64,000 nt of DNA from an uncultured Solirubrobacterales bacterium. GTDB taxonomy: Bacteria; Actinomycetota; Thermoleophilia; Solirubrobacterales; Solirubrobacteraceae. The position numbers were made by a program, and so were the translations under genes. This document shows, piece after piece, positions 28,141 through 37,884 of the stretch (its first letter is position 1; every line of letters begins with the position of its first letter). The DNA is taken from assembly GCA_963822535.1 (NCBI GenBank), contig CAWGIA010000001.1, positions 172,797-236,796 on the forward strand, written 5' to 3'. Below the pieces are notes generated by a model. It worked only from the letters and a program-made list of their open reading frames with translations. It ran no database searches and was not told the DNA's origin.

Positions 28141-29097
28141 GTGCGCGTTGTCATAACGGGGGCGGCCGGCTTTGTCGGCTCCCATCTTTGCGAGGCCTGC
28201 TTGTCTCGCGGCTGGTCGGTTACTGGGGTCGATTGCTTCACGGACTATTACCCGGAGGCGGTGAAACGATCGAACCTGAGTGCGGCGGCCGAGCACGCGG
28301 CCTTCCGGCTCATCGAAGCCGACCTCGCCACTGACTCCATTCCGGAGCTCCTCGAGGGCGCCGAAGTTGTGTTCCACCTGGCCGCGCAGCCCGGTGTTCG
28401 CCCCAGCTGGGGCCAGAGCTTCGACGCCTACACGACGGCCAACGTCGTGGCCCTGCAGCGACTGCTCGAGGCAGCCAAGGACCATCCGCTGCAGAAGTTC
28501 GTGTTCGCATCCTCCTCGTCGGTCTACGGAGACTCCGAGCAGCTTCCGACTCCGGAGGACGCCGTGCTGGCACCCCTCTCCCCCTACGGGGCGACAAAAG
28601 TTCTCGGCGAGCATCTGTGCACGATCTACCGTCGCAGCTACGCCGTGCCGGTGGTTTGCATGCGCTTCTTCAGCGTCTACGGGCCCCGGCAGCGCCCGGA
28701 CATGGCGTTCTGGAAGCTGATCGACTCAGCCCTGCGCGGCACGGAGATGACCATCTACGGAGACGGCGGCCAGACACGTGATTTCACCTACGTGGCCGAC
28801 ATCGTCGCCGCCACGATCGCCGCCGGCCTCGAGGCGCCGGCCGGCGCCGTCTACAACGTGGGCGGCGGGTCCCGGACGGCGTTGCGCGACGCGATAGCAC
28901 TGGTGGAAGGCGAGGTCGGGCCGCCCAAACTGCACACGACCCAGCGCCAGCGGGGGGATGCCCGTGACACGGCGGCCGATACCGAGCGCATCCGCCGAGA
29001 GTTGGGATTCGCGCCCGAGTGGGATCTCGCCCGGGGACTGTCCGAGCAGATCGCCTGGCAGAAGCGAGCCGTGGAGATGCTCGCACCGTCGGCGTGA
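28141..29097 (+). CDS. NAD-dependent sugar-nucleotide epimerase (UDP-glucuronate 4-epimerase-like)
   Basis: Contains VITGAAGFVGSHL and YGATK (YxxxK). The DCFTDYYPEAVKRSNL block resembles the DNxNDYYDxxLKxxRL block of UDP-GlcA 4-epimerases. AGGAG lies upstream of the GTG start. Confidence 0.75.
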   Translation: MRVVITGAAGFVGSHLCEACLSRGWSVTGVDCFTDYYPEAVKRSNLSAAAEHAAFRLIEADLATDSIPELLEGAEVVFHLAAQPGVRPSWGQSFDAYTTANVVALQRLLEAAKDHPLQKFVFASSSSVYGDSEQLPTPEDAVLAPLSPYGATKVLGEHLCTIYRRSYAVPVVCMRFFSVYGPRQRPDMAFWKLIDSALRGTEMTIYGDGGQTRDFTYVADIVAATIAAGLEAPAGAVYNVGGGSRTALRDAIALVEGEVGPPKLHTTQRQRGDARDTAADTERIRRELGFAPEWDLARGLSEQIAWQKRAVEMLAPSA

Positions 29098-29132
29098 GGC
29101 GCCCTCCTCGCGAGGGGAAGCGGCGGGTCGTG

Positions 29133-30305
29133 ATGCTGCTTGAGAACAATCCCTATCCGCAGGACGTTCGCGTCCGCAGCGAGGCGGAGTCACTCGCGGC
29201 CGCCGGCCATAGCGTGCTGGTGCTCGCGCCCCGCCGCGAGGGTCAGCCCGCCCGGGAGCACGTGCGGGGTGTCGCAGTACACCGCTTTCGGGCCTTTGAC
29301 GGCACCGGGCGAGGTCTCCTCGGGCTGCTGCTCGAGTACCTGGTGGCCGTATTGGCGCTCCACCGCGGGGCGCTAGTGGCGCTGGCTCGCGGCGCGAATG
29401 TGCTCCACATCCACAACCCGCCCGACGCCTTGTTCCTCGCGGGCGCCATCTACAGGCTGGCCGGCCGGCAGGTGGTATTCGACCATCATGACCTCGGACC
29501 GGAGCTCGTCGAGGTCAAGTTCCGCCGCCCGGCCCTGGTCACGGCGGCCCGCGCGGCCGAGCGCCTGACGTTCGCCGTGGCCACGCACGTTGTGGCCGCC
29601 AACGAGTCCCATGCCGACGTGGCGCGAACTCGCGGCGGCAAGCACGCCGGGCAGGTGACGGTGGTGCGCAACGGCCCCCCGATCGAATGGACACGGTTGC
29701 CGGTGACGACGCGGCCGGGTCGCCTCTCCCCCGTCCATCTGGTCTTCCTGGGAACCGTGAGCGAGCAGGACGGCGTCGACGCGCTGGCCGAGGTCCTCGC
29801 GCGATTGCGGGACCGAACGCCGCCCGTAGCAGCTCGGCTGACCATCATCGGCGATGGCGGTGGGCGCGCTGATCTGGAAGCCGCGCTGGCACGTTGGGGT
29901 ATCGCCGACGGGGTGACGATCACCGGCTGGGTGGAGGCCTCGGAGGTGCCGAAGCTAATCCAGGAGGCCGACGTTTGTGTCGATCCCGCCCCCGGCACCA
30001 TGCTGAACCAACGCTCGACGATGATCAAGCTGGCCGAGTACCTGGCCCTGGGCAAGCCCGTGGTGGCGTTCGACCTTGTCGAGAGCCGGCGCACCCTGAA
30101 GGACGCGGGGATCCTGGTGGCAGACGGAGACCTGGCCGGCTTCGCCGAGCAGATCGCGCATCTGGCCGAGGACCCGGAGCTCCGCAGCGATCTCGCCCGC
30201 CGGGCACGCGAGCGCAGCCAGGAGCTGACGTGGAATCACTCCGAGAGCGCTCTGCTGGCGGGATACGCCACGATCGGCCGCCCCGGCAAGCAGGCCCGGC
30301 CGTGA
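29133..30305 (+). CDS. glycosyltransferase family 4
   Basis: GT4 GT-B pattern with the C-terminal E(x7)E region (KLAEYLALGKPVVAF). Start taken at the ATG of MLLENNPYPQD; the ORF is open from 29019. Confidence 0.8.
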   Translation: MLLENNPYPQDVRVRSEAESLAAAGHSVLVLAPRREGQPAREHVRGVAVHRFRAFDGTGRGLLGLLLEYLVAVLALHRGALVALARGANVLHIHNPPDALFLAGAIYRLAGRQVVFDHHDLGPELVEVKFRRPALVTAARAAERLTFAVATHVVAANESHADVARTRGGKHAGQVTVVRNGPPIEWTRLPVTTRPGRLSPVHLVFLGTVSEQDGVDALAEVLARLRDRTPPVAARLTIIGDGGGRADLEAALARWGIADGVTITGWVEASEVPKLIQEADVCVDPAPGTMLNQRSTMIKLAEYLALGKPVVAFDLVESRRTLKDAGILVADGDLAGFAEQIAHLAEDPELRSDLARRARERSQELTWNHSESALLAGYATIGRPGKQARP

Positions 30306-31246
30306 ATATCTCCGTGATAATCGTGACTTACAACTCGGCTGGCGTCATCGAGACCTGCTGCAGATCGGCCCGGGCGTTGCTGCCCGAAGCCCAGATCATC
30401 GTGGTCGACAATGCGTCCAGTGACGAGACGACACAGCTGTGCCAGGGCCTGGACGGCGTGGAACTGATCGCCAATGACACCAACAGCGGATACGGGCGAG
30501 CCTGCAACCAGGGCGCCGGCTCGGCGACGGGGTCGGTGCTGATGTTCCTCAACCCCGACATCGAGCTCCAGTCGATCGACGCCGCTGCGCTCGAGCTCGA
30601 GAGCCGCCGCCTCCCGTTCGGCCTGGCCGCTCCCGATCTGGGCCAGAGCCATACCGTGCAGCACTGGCTGGTCGAGCTCGCTCGGCAGGTGACGGGCCCT
30701 CTGCGCCCGCGCGAGCTGCCATCGGTTCGCTGGCCCCTTCTGCGACGCGGCGCCTGGTGGCCTGTCGGGGCGGTATTGCTGACCGACCGGGGGGAGTTCA
30801 CCCGGGTGGGAGGATTTGACCGGCGCTTTTTCCTCTACTACGAGGATCTCGATCTCGCGCGGCGCTATCGCGCGGCTGGACTGCCGGTGCGTGTCACCAC
30901 TTCGGTTCAGGCCCGGCATACGCGAGGCCGCTCCTCCACCGGCGAGGATTCGGGGGCCGCGATCCGTCAGGGCTGGTCATATCTCAGCTGGCTCGAATAC
31001 CTGAGCATCTGGGGCGGAGAAGCCAAGGCCGTTCGAGCAGCGAAATGCGCCGACGCACTCCGCTCGGCGCTCCGCCTCGCCTTGAAGCTCATCGAACGGA
31101 TCGGACCGCTGGCCGAGCGAGCCCAGCGCAAGCGCCGCGAGTTCGACGAGATCGACGCGTTCGTCCGCAGGCAGGGTGGCTTCGGAGAGGGATCGGCCGC
31201 GCCGGATTTCTGCCCGCGCGCCAGAGAGATCGTGGCTGTCCGGTGA
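30302..31246 (+). CDS. glycosyltransferase family 2
   Basis: Contains ISVIIVTYNS, VVDNASSDET and the FLNPD (DxD-like) motif. The GTG start overlaps the upstream stop; the ORF track extends spuriously to 29894. Confidence 0.8.
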   Translation: MNISVIIVTYNSAGVIETCCRSARALLPEAQIIVVDNASSDETTQLCQGLDGVELIANDTNSGYGRACNQGAGSATGSVLMFLNPDIELQSIDAAALELESRRLPFGLAAPDLGQSHTVQHWLVELARQVTGPLRPRELPSVRWPLLRRGAWWPVGAVLLTDRGEFTRVGGFDRRFFLYYEDLDLARRYRAAGLPVRVTTSVQARHTRGRSSTGEDSGAAIRQGWSYLSWLEYLSIWGGEAKAVRAAKCADALRSALRLALKLIERIGPLAERAQRKRREFDEIDAFVRRQGGFGEGSAAPDFCPRAREIVAVR

Positions 31247-32754
31247 CTGAGCGGCTCAAGTTCGACCGGTTCTCCCGGCGCCAGATCCTCGGTGCGGTGT
31301 TCGTGCTACTGATCCTCGTCGTCGGCGGGCGCGAGGTCGCAAATAACCACTCGAAGCTGATGTTCGAGGCTTTCGGTGCCCTAGCGTTCGGCCTGCTGGC
31401 TACGCAGCGTGGGCTCTGCGTCGGAGTGCTGGCGCTGGCAGCTCTGGACGGGATCCCCTTCGTCTCCAACACCAAGGCGATCGCGCATCACATCGCCCTT
31501 CAGGATCTGGTCTGCCTGCTCCTGATCGTCGTCTCGCTGGTGTGGACGTTCGTGGACGGGCGCCGGAACCGCACCCGACTGAGCCGAGTTTTGAACTGGT
31601 GCGGGATCGCCCTGCTCAGCTGGTGCGTACTGATGGTCGCCCGGACCTGGGCGGTGCAGGGCACTCCGTTGCTGGGCGCGATCCGGTTCGGGCGTGACTT
31701 CCTGTACTTCGGTGCGCTCCTAATCGTCCTCCCCCGGGTCCAGTTCCGCGAACGGGACGTCGAGACGATCGTCGTGGTGCTCGGTGTCGGCGTGTGTTTG
31801 TACGCCGTGGGTCAGATCGCAACCGTCGAAGGGCTAGCCAACCCGACCTGGCTCGTGCACGCCCAAACGGTCGAGCAGAGCCTGGGCATCACCCGCCTGT
31901 ACACCGAGATGACCGACCTCGTGTCTGCCGGCGTGGCCTTCAGTATCGCCGCCCTGGTGCTCGCCACACGCGGCAACCAGAGGCGAATCGCCCCCATCAC
32001 GGTGCTTCTGACTGCGAGCCTCGTGCTTCAGCTGACCCGAGCTCGTTGGATCGCGACCATAACGAGCGTGGTGCTGGTCAGCGTCTGGCTGGGTCTGCAG
32101 GCCGAGCGAGGGGTCGCAGGAGTCCTGCGCCGACGGCTGCTGATGTTCGTCGGGGTCGTGGTGGGGATCGTGGCGGCGATCTTGCTGGTGGCGCCGACCC
32201 TAATCGCCACGGGCCCATTCGTGCAGCGGATCGTGTCGATCTTCACCGACCTCAGCTCCTCGGCGGGCACGGTGGGCGTTCGGCGGCAGGTGGCGAGCGA
32301 GATGATCTCGCTGCTCGGCACCCACTGGCCGTTGGGCCTCGGCCTGACCCCACCCTCAGTACGTTTCTATCCTCAGTTCCCCTCCGGGTCGATACGGGAC
32401 CCCGATGTGGGAGTTCTGAACGCCGTCATGACGATTGGGGTGGTGGGCACCCTCCTGATCTACCTCCCGCTGGTAGCCACCCTGGTGCACTGCATGCGCA
32501 GATCTCGCCGGGCGATCAGGGATCGCTTCTCATGGATGAACTACGGGGGCCAGATATGGATCCTGGGAACAATCGGTTCCTCGGTCACTCTCGTGACCCT
32601 GTTCAGCCCCTCAGGACTTGTCCTGAGCGCCGTGGTCCTCGCGATGCTGAGCCAGGCTTGCGTTCTTGGGATCGACCGAGCGCCGGATGCGCCCAACGAT
32701 GCGATCGCTGCCCCTGAGGCGCCTCCTGCTGTAGCCGCCGGATTCAACAGCTAG
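31243..32754 (+). CDS. O-antigen polymerase/ligase-like (Wzy_C family) membrane protein
   Basis: About 10-12 TM segments with a large loop, as in Wzy/WaaL family proteins. GTGA overlap with the GT2 gene. The listed ORF start (31045) is a shadow extension. Confidence 0.6.
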   Translation: MTERLKFDRFSRRQILGAVFVLLILVVGGREVANNHSKLMFEAFGALAFGLLATQRGLCVGVLALAALDGIPFVSNTKAIAHHIALQDLVCLLLIVVSLVWTFVDGRRNRTRLSRVLNWCGIALLSWCVLMVARTWAVQGTPLLGAIRFGRDFLYFGALLIVLPRVQFRERDVETIVVVLGVGVCLYAVGQIATVEGLANPTWLVHAQTVEQSLGITRLYTEMTDLVSAGVAFSIAALVLATRGNQRRIAPITVLLTASLVLQLTRARWIATITSVVLVSVWLGLQAERGVAGVLRRRLLMFVGVVVGIVAAILLVAPTLIATGPFVQRIVSIFTDLSSSAGTVGVRRQVASEMISLLGTHWPLGLGLTPPSVRFYPQFPSGSIRDPDVGVLNAVMTIGVVGTLLIYLPLVATLVHCMRRSRRAIRDRFSWMNYGGQIWILGTIGSSVTLVTLFSPSGLVLSAVVLAMLSQACVLGIDRAPDAPNDAIAAPEAPPAVAAGFNS

Positions 32755-33757
32755 GGCGCCGTGCCGCGGTGACTGACTCGTAGACGTCGAGAATCCGCTG
32801 GCCCACGCGCTCGAGGCTCAGTTCGGCCACCGCCTTCCTAGCCTCCACGCACGGGTGGTGGGTGACAGCATCCAGCAGGGCATCCGCGAAGGCGTCCTCT
32901 TGTCGCGCCACTACGTGACACCCAGGCACGCCGTCGAGGCGCTCGGCCACGTCACCCACCGCCGTGGCCACCACGGGCAGCTCACACGCCATCGCCTCCT
33001 TGACCACGTTCGGGGATCCCTCGGACCACGAGGGCAGGATCAGCGTGTCCGAGGCGCTCATCCAAAGGGGAACCTGCTCCGGGCTCACCCCGCGAGCGAC
33101 CCGGAGCCGGATCGTGCTCAAGCGCTCGGCGGCCAGCTGGGTGGCGCGCTCGGCCAGCGGGTGGTTCTTGCGCGCGATGTCCGGATTGCCTACGAACAGC
33201 ACCACCTTCTCATCCGGAGCCCAGCCCAGCTCTCGCCGGGCCTGAGCCTGATCGGTACGCCGGAACATGTCGAGATCGACCCCATTGGGGATCACGTGGT
33301 TCCGGCCCCGTACCGAGGCCGGGAGCTCCTGCATCATCTCGACGGACTTGGTGATCGTGGCCGCTGCAACCCGGGCCACCTGGGCGAAGCCCCGGGCCAG
33401 AGCGCGGCTGCCCGGAGTCATCCGCCAGGGCTCCTCGGGCGCCGGAGTTCCGAGCAGGTCATCACCGCAGTAGGAGATGACGAGGGGACGGCGGACGTCA
33501 AGGCGGCCCAGCACGGCGGAATGCCCGTAATGCGCGTGAATGACGTCGTATTGGTGCGAAAAGTTCCGAGCCGTCATGCGAGCGACGGCATTCAGATATG
33601 CCCACCGGCTGGCGTAACCCCGTACGGGCAGGACGTCGAGGTCGACGCCCAGCGCCTGGAGCGAGCGAGCCTGAGAATGAACGAAGCTGCCGTACCACGG
33701 GCGCTCCTGGTCGGGCCACATGTTGGTTACAAAGAGGACACGCACGGCGCTCACCAT
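32744..33757 (-). CDS. glycosyltransferase family 4
   Basis: Contains VLFVTNMWPD, VIHAHYGHS and SWSEGSPNVVKEAMACELPVVAT (EX7E). Start at the Met of MVSAVRVLF; the ORF is open to 33859. Confidence 0.75.
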   Translation of the reverse strand: MVSAVRVLFVTNMWPDQERPWYGSFVHSQARSLQALGVDLDVLPVRGYASRWAYLNAVARMTARNFSHQYDVIHAHYGHSAVLGRLDVRRPLVISYCGDDLLGTPAPEEPWRMTPGSRALARGFAQVARVAAATITKSVEMMQELPASVRGRNHVIPNGVDLDMFRRTDQAQARRELGWAPDEKVVLFVGNPDIARKNHPLAERATQLAAERLSTIRLRVARGVSPEQVPLWMSASDTLILPSWSEGSPNVVKEAMACELPVVATAVGDVAERLDGVPGCHVVARQEDAFADALLDAVTHHPCVEARKAVAELSLERVGQRILDVYESVTAARRPSC

Positions 33758-34181
33758 TCTGCTCGATCCCGCCCGGTGCTCGCGGTCTCGGCCGCTGCTA
33801 CACGCCCTAGATCTCGTCACCGTGAGTTCTCCGGCGCCGGCGAAGCGGTACGACGGCAACTCGAAACCGCGGTGAGGATCGGCGTGCCCGCTCCTCCAAG
33901 ACGATCCGCGGTGTTAACATCTTGGTCGTCGTACTGGTGAAACGGGAGTCGGAGCTCCGATGGGACGTGGCGGGGTCTCAATTCCCCTTAGCCAGGTCTG
34001 AACCGGGCGGAGATGGACAAGCACAGCGCTTAGTCATGCGCGGTCCGAAGGTGGACAACATCCGAAGCAGCTAAGAAACGGGTCGCCTTGAGTCGTGTGA
34101 AGAAGTGCACCAGCCTAAGGGAGATGCAAACCTCCGATCTACCTGGGACGCCAACGTACGACGCCGCAGGCTGTCCAGACA

Positions 34182-34793
34182 ATGGCTGACGCCAAGCCCC
34201 TCAACATCGGCGCCGGCCAAACCCGCATCCCCGGCTGGATCAACATTGACATTGACACCAAAGCAGAGTTGGTCCTCGATCTGAGCACCGATCAGCTTCC
34301 GTTCGGCGACAGCTCGGTGCCACTGATCTTCAGCTACCACACGCTCGAGCATATCCCGGACTACCTGCACGCCCTGGGCGAGATGTGGCGCGTCCTGGAA
34401 CACAACGGGACGTTGCTGCTCGGCTTGCCGTACTGCACTCTCACCCGGTATCACGCCGTCAACCCATATCACCTCCATAACTTCAACGAACATAGCTTTG
34501 CGTTCTTCGACCCCGACCGGCTCAAAGGATCAGCTGAGGAAGACAACCCGATCACGTTCAAAGAAGCATGGCTCCGCTACCACTACCTTCGGCCGTGGCG
34601 CTACCTGCCGTTGAAGAACGCCGCAAGACGGAGCTTGCTGAACGTGGTCCGGATGATCGACATCGGCCTGGTCGCAGTGAAAAACGACACTCCTGTCGAG
34701 TTGGGCGATAACAGAGAACGTCAGATGCGCCAACAGTTCGATCAGTGCATGGCCGCCCGTGTGCCATACCGACAGGCCGCGGCCGTAACCTAA
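34182..34793 (+). CDS. SAM-dependent methyltransferase (Methyltransf_11/23-like)
   Basis: Contains NIGAGQTRIPGWINID, SYHTLEHIPD and the VLEHNGTLLL pattern. GC is noticeably lower than in flanking genes (by eye). Confidence 0.6.
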   Translation: MADAKPLNIGAGQTRIPGWINIDIDTKAELVLDLSTDQLPFGDSSVPLIFSYHTLEHIPDYLHALGEMWRVLEHNGTLLLGLPYCTLTRYHAVNPYHLHNFNEHSFAFFDPDRLKGSAEEDNPITFKEAWLRYHYLRPWRYLPLKNAARRSLLNVVRMIDIGLVAVKNDTPVELGDNRERQMRQQFDQCMAARVPYRQAAAVT

Positions 34794-34916
34794 GACAGGA
34801 CCATGCCGAGCATGCGGACGGCTTGACCGTTTGAGACCGAAAGCTGATCCGGGCAACCGGCCAGCGCGAGGCGCAGGACGCGACGCGTCGATCGGTGGCT
34901 GCTAGCTTGCCCGCCG

Positions 34917-35630
34917 GTGTCCAAGCCGAATCCCGTACGAGCCTTCTTCGACACGCATACGTATCTCGAGCGCAACGCGATCATCCCCGTGCGCGCGCTG
35001 ATCGTGGCCGAACTCCTGTCCGGCCTCCAGGACGCCCGGATATTGGATCTCGGGTGCGGGGACGGATCGATCTCGAGGGCGCTGCTGGCGGCGCAGAACA
35101 AGCTGACGCTGGTCGACTTCTCCCCGAAGATGCTCGAGCGGGCACGTTCAGCGGCGCCCCCGGGTGCGTCGGTGGAGTTCATCCACGCCGACATCCTCGG
35201 CTTCAGCCCACCTGAGCCGTTCGATGCCGTCATCTGCGTCGGCGTCCTGGCCCACGTCCCCTCCCTCAATGACGCTCTGGCACGGGTTTCGGCAGCCGTT
35301 AGGCCAGGCGGCGTCTGCATTCTGCAAATCACCGACGATGCCGCACCTCTTGGCCGCATGCTCAATCATTACTACCGCCGCCGCCAGCGAGAGCACTACG
35401 AGAAAAGCCGCGTCACCCTGACCGAGCTCGTCGCCGTGGCGGACCGTCACGATCTGTCGGCGCTAGACCGGCGGCGCTACGGACTGCTCTTGCCGGGCAC
35501 GGGCAAACTGCCCTACCGGTGGGAGCGCCGCCTTGAGGACACCGTCCGGATCCGCCCACGCCTGTCACAGCTGGGTGCGGAGGTCATCGTCTCCTTTCAG
35601 AAGCGCCGGACCTCGCTGGCGCTGGGCTAG
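34917..35630 (+). CDS. class I SAM-dependent methyltransferase
   Basis: Motif I ILDLGCGDGSIS, post-I VDFSPKML and motif II-like AVICVGVLAHV. Confidence 0.7.
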   Translation: MSKPNPVRAFFDTHTYLERNAIIPVRALIVAELLSGLQDARILDLGCGDGSISRALLAAQNKLTLVDFSPKMLERARSAAPPGASVEFIHADILGFSPPEPFDAVICVGVLAHVPSLNDALARVSAAVRPGGVCILQITDDAAPLGRMLNHYYRRRQREHYEKSRVTLTELVAVADRHDLSALDRRRYGLLLPGTGKLPYRWERRLEDTVRIRPRLSQLGAEVIVSFQKRRTSLALG

Positions 35631-35639
35631 CCTCGATCA

Positions 35640-36632
35640 ATGAAGCAGGAGCTCGATTTCATCGTCATCGGGGCTCAGAAATCTGGGACGACTTCCCTGT
35701 TCGAATACCTGCGCCGCCATCCCGCCATCGAGCTGCCAGCGGCCAAGGAGGTCCCTTACTTCAGCCACGATCGGCAATACGCCGGTCCGTGGGAGGAATA
35801 CCTCCGCAAGGCGTTTCCATTCGCCGATCCGAAATGCCGTTGGGGGACAGTCACTCCTCAGTACATGGTGGGCGGCCTATATGACTACACAACCGAGCCC
35901 GACCCTTCCTCGCTCCCGGGCGACGAGCAGATCGTCCCGGCCCGCATCCGTGAACGGCTACCCGACGTACGCCTGGTCGCCATCCTTCGCGACCCTGTGG
36001 AGCGAGCCCGGTCGCACCATGCGATGGCCCTCATGAACGGCTGGGACACCCGCCCGTTTGACGAGGCGGTCAACGACCTGCTTGACCCGGATGCGCTGCT
36101 CAGAGCCCGCCGGACGCCGCAGGAGGCCACCGGCTACGTGGTGTGGGGCGAGTACGGACGCATACTCGCCGGCTACCGGCAGACATTCGCGCGCGAACAA
36201 TTCTTGATCCTATTCACCGACGAGCTCCGCGATGATCCGCAGTCGGTGCTCCGACGCGTGTTTCGTTTCCTTGACGTGGACCCTGATTTCACTCCGGACA
36301 ATCTGGGTGTCAGCTACCGGCAGGGTGGGAAGTCTCAGCGTTTCAAATGGCTTGACCTCAACCTGATCCAGGAGGCGGCTGCATCCAGTCGGCTCGCCCA
36401 CAGGCTTTGGCACGCCATTCCCGAGCCGACGCGCCGGCGCATCGATGTCCGATTTGACCGGATGAACTACCTCGTAGACCTCTGGAACCGGCGACGGGGT
36501 AACACCCGTGGCCAGGCCGAAGCGGCATCTGACATCGCGCTCCGTGAACACTACGCCTCGGACGCTCATCAGATCGCCGAGTTGTTCGACGTCACGGTGC
36601 CGTGGGCACTGGCATCCACGCCCGGGGAATGA
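35640..36632 (+). CDS. PAPS-dependent sulfotransferase family protein
   Basis: 5'-PSB loop FIVIGAQKSGTTSLFEYL (35670-35696) and the 3'-PB-like motif AILRDPVERARSHH. Confidence 0.8.
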   Translation: MKQELDFIVIGAQKSGTTSLFEYLRRHPAIELPAAKEVPYFSHDRQYAGPWEEYLRKAFPFADPKCRWGTVTPQYMVGGLYDYTTEPDPSSLPGDEQIVPARIRERLPDVRLVAILRDPVERARSHHAMALMNGWDTRPFDEAVNDLLDPDALLRARRTPQEATGYVVWGEYGRILAGYRQTFAREQFLILFTDELRDDPQSVLRRVFRFLDVDPDFTPDNLGVSYRQGGKSQRFKWLDLNLIQEAAASSRLAHRLWHAIPEPTRRRIDVRFDRMNYLVDLWNRRRGNTRGQAEAASDIALREHYASDAHQIAELFDVTVPWALASTPGE

Positions 36633-36648
36633 CCCGCGGTCCCGGCGC

Positions 36649-37821
36649 TCAGCCGGGCCTCACCGGCGCGAAGCAGCGGATGTAGGCCTCAGCGCACCTA
36701 TCGATGTGAAACGCATCGCTCGCTCTGAGGCGCCCGGCGTCGCCGCGCTCGATGCACGCCTCCGGGTGTTCGGCGTAATCCACGAGGGTCCTGACCAGAT
36801 GCGATACGTCACCGGGCCCGATCAACGTACCGGTTACGCCGTCGGCTATGACCTCGGGAATGGCACCGTTGATGGTCCCGATCACAGGCTTGCCGCAAGC
36901 CATCGCCTCGAGCGCCACCATCCCGAATGACTCGATGAACGAGGAGGACAGCACGAGGGCAAGATCGCACTGCCGCCACAGATCCCTGACGTCGCTCAAC
37001 AGGCCGAGGAATTCGACGTCCTCACCCACCCCTAGCTGCTGAGCCATCGCCTCCAGCCGAGGCCGTTCCGCTCCGTCCCCGGCGATCAGGAGCTTTACGG
37101 ATATCTGGCTGCGAGCCTGCGCGATAGCACTGATGGCGTCCTCAGCGCCCTTTCCTGGGATCAGGCGTGCGGCGAAGCCAACGACAAAACGAGACCCGAC
37201 CGCGCGGGCTGGAGAAGCCTGCTCCAGAGCAAACCTTGCCGGATCAACCCCGTTGTGGATTCGACAGATATGGCGCGCGTGGGGACCCGCCCGCATCGTT
37301 TCCAGGGTGAAGTCAGACACCGCCACCTCGACGTCATCGGCCCAGGCACCGGCGAACTTGTTCAGATACGCGACAAGCGCCTTCTTTCTCGAAGCATCGC
37401 GCTGAAGCGCGATCCCGTGCTCGACAGCAATGATCGCGCCCCGGTACCCGCCGAGACGCAACGCTGCCCCCACGAAGCCACATTCCGGAAGCACGACCCC
37501 GTCGGTCCCCGTAGCGTTGAGCGCAGCCGCATACCTCCGTGGGTGGCGCAGCACATCACGACCGCGCTTGAAGCCGAGAATCCGAAACGGCACATCAGCC
37601 GCTGCCAGCCTTTCGGTCAGTGGTCCCCCCGCGGTCAGCAGCACCACCTCGACCTGGACACCGAGCCGACGCATCGAGCGAGCCAGCTCGACGGTCAGGA
37701 CCTCGGCTCCTCCAATCGTGCCATCCCAGCTGACGAGTGCGAGGTGCTGGGGAGGCCGTTCGTGGGGTTTCTCCATGCTGGCGGCGATGGTACCCGCCAT
37801 GTCAGGATGAGCTATGCGCAA
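36649..37821 (-). CDS. glycosyltransferase family 4
   Basis: GT-B pattern GGAEVLTVELARSM with EX7E in SSFIESFGMVALEAMACGKPVIGT. The Met at 37776 is an alternative start. Confidence 0.8.
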   Translation of the reverse strand: MRIAHPDMAGTIAASMEKPHERPPQHLALVSWDGTIGGAEVLTVELARSMRRLGVQVEVVLLTAGGPLTERLAAADVPFRILGFKRGRDVLRHPRRYAAALNATGTDGVVLPECGFVGAALRLGGYRGAIIAVEHGIALQRDASRKKALVAYLNKFAGAWADDVEVAVSDFTLETMRAGPHARHICRIHNGVDPARFALEQASPARAVGSRFVVGFAARLIPGKGAEDAISAIAQARSQISVKLLIAGDGAERPRLEAMAQQLGVGEDVEFLGLLSDVRDLWRQCDLALVLSSSFIESFGMVALEAMACGKPVIGTINGAIPEVIADGVTGTLIGPGDVSHLVRTLVDYAEHPEACIERGDAGRLRASDAFHIDRCAEAYIRCFAPVRPG

Positions 37822-37829
37822 ACGCCAAC

Positions 37830-37855
37830 GGCGCCGCTCGATATCGAGCGACGCC
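37830..37855 (-). terminator. 13-bp stem (one mismatch) hairpin downstream of lyase-like paralog 1
   Basis: ggcgccgctcgat|atcgagcgacgcc palindrome. It lies between the stop at 37885 and the start of the GT4 gene at 37821. Confidence 0.35.
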
Positions 37856-37884
37856 GGCGGCTTGCGGTTCTGTCTTGATACTGC

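Noticed and set aside
33900-34181. Cobalamin- or SAM-type riboswitch upstream of the methyltransferase
   Set aside because: ggtgaaacgggag is superficially B12-leader-like, but no B12 box or SAM core motifs are recognisable by eye.
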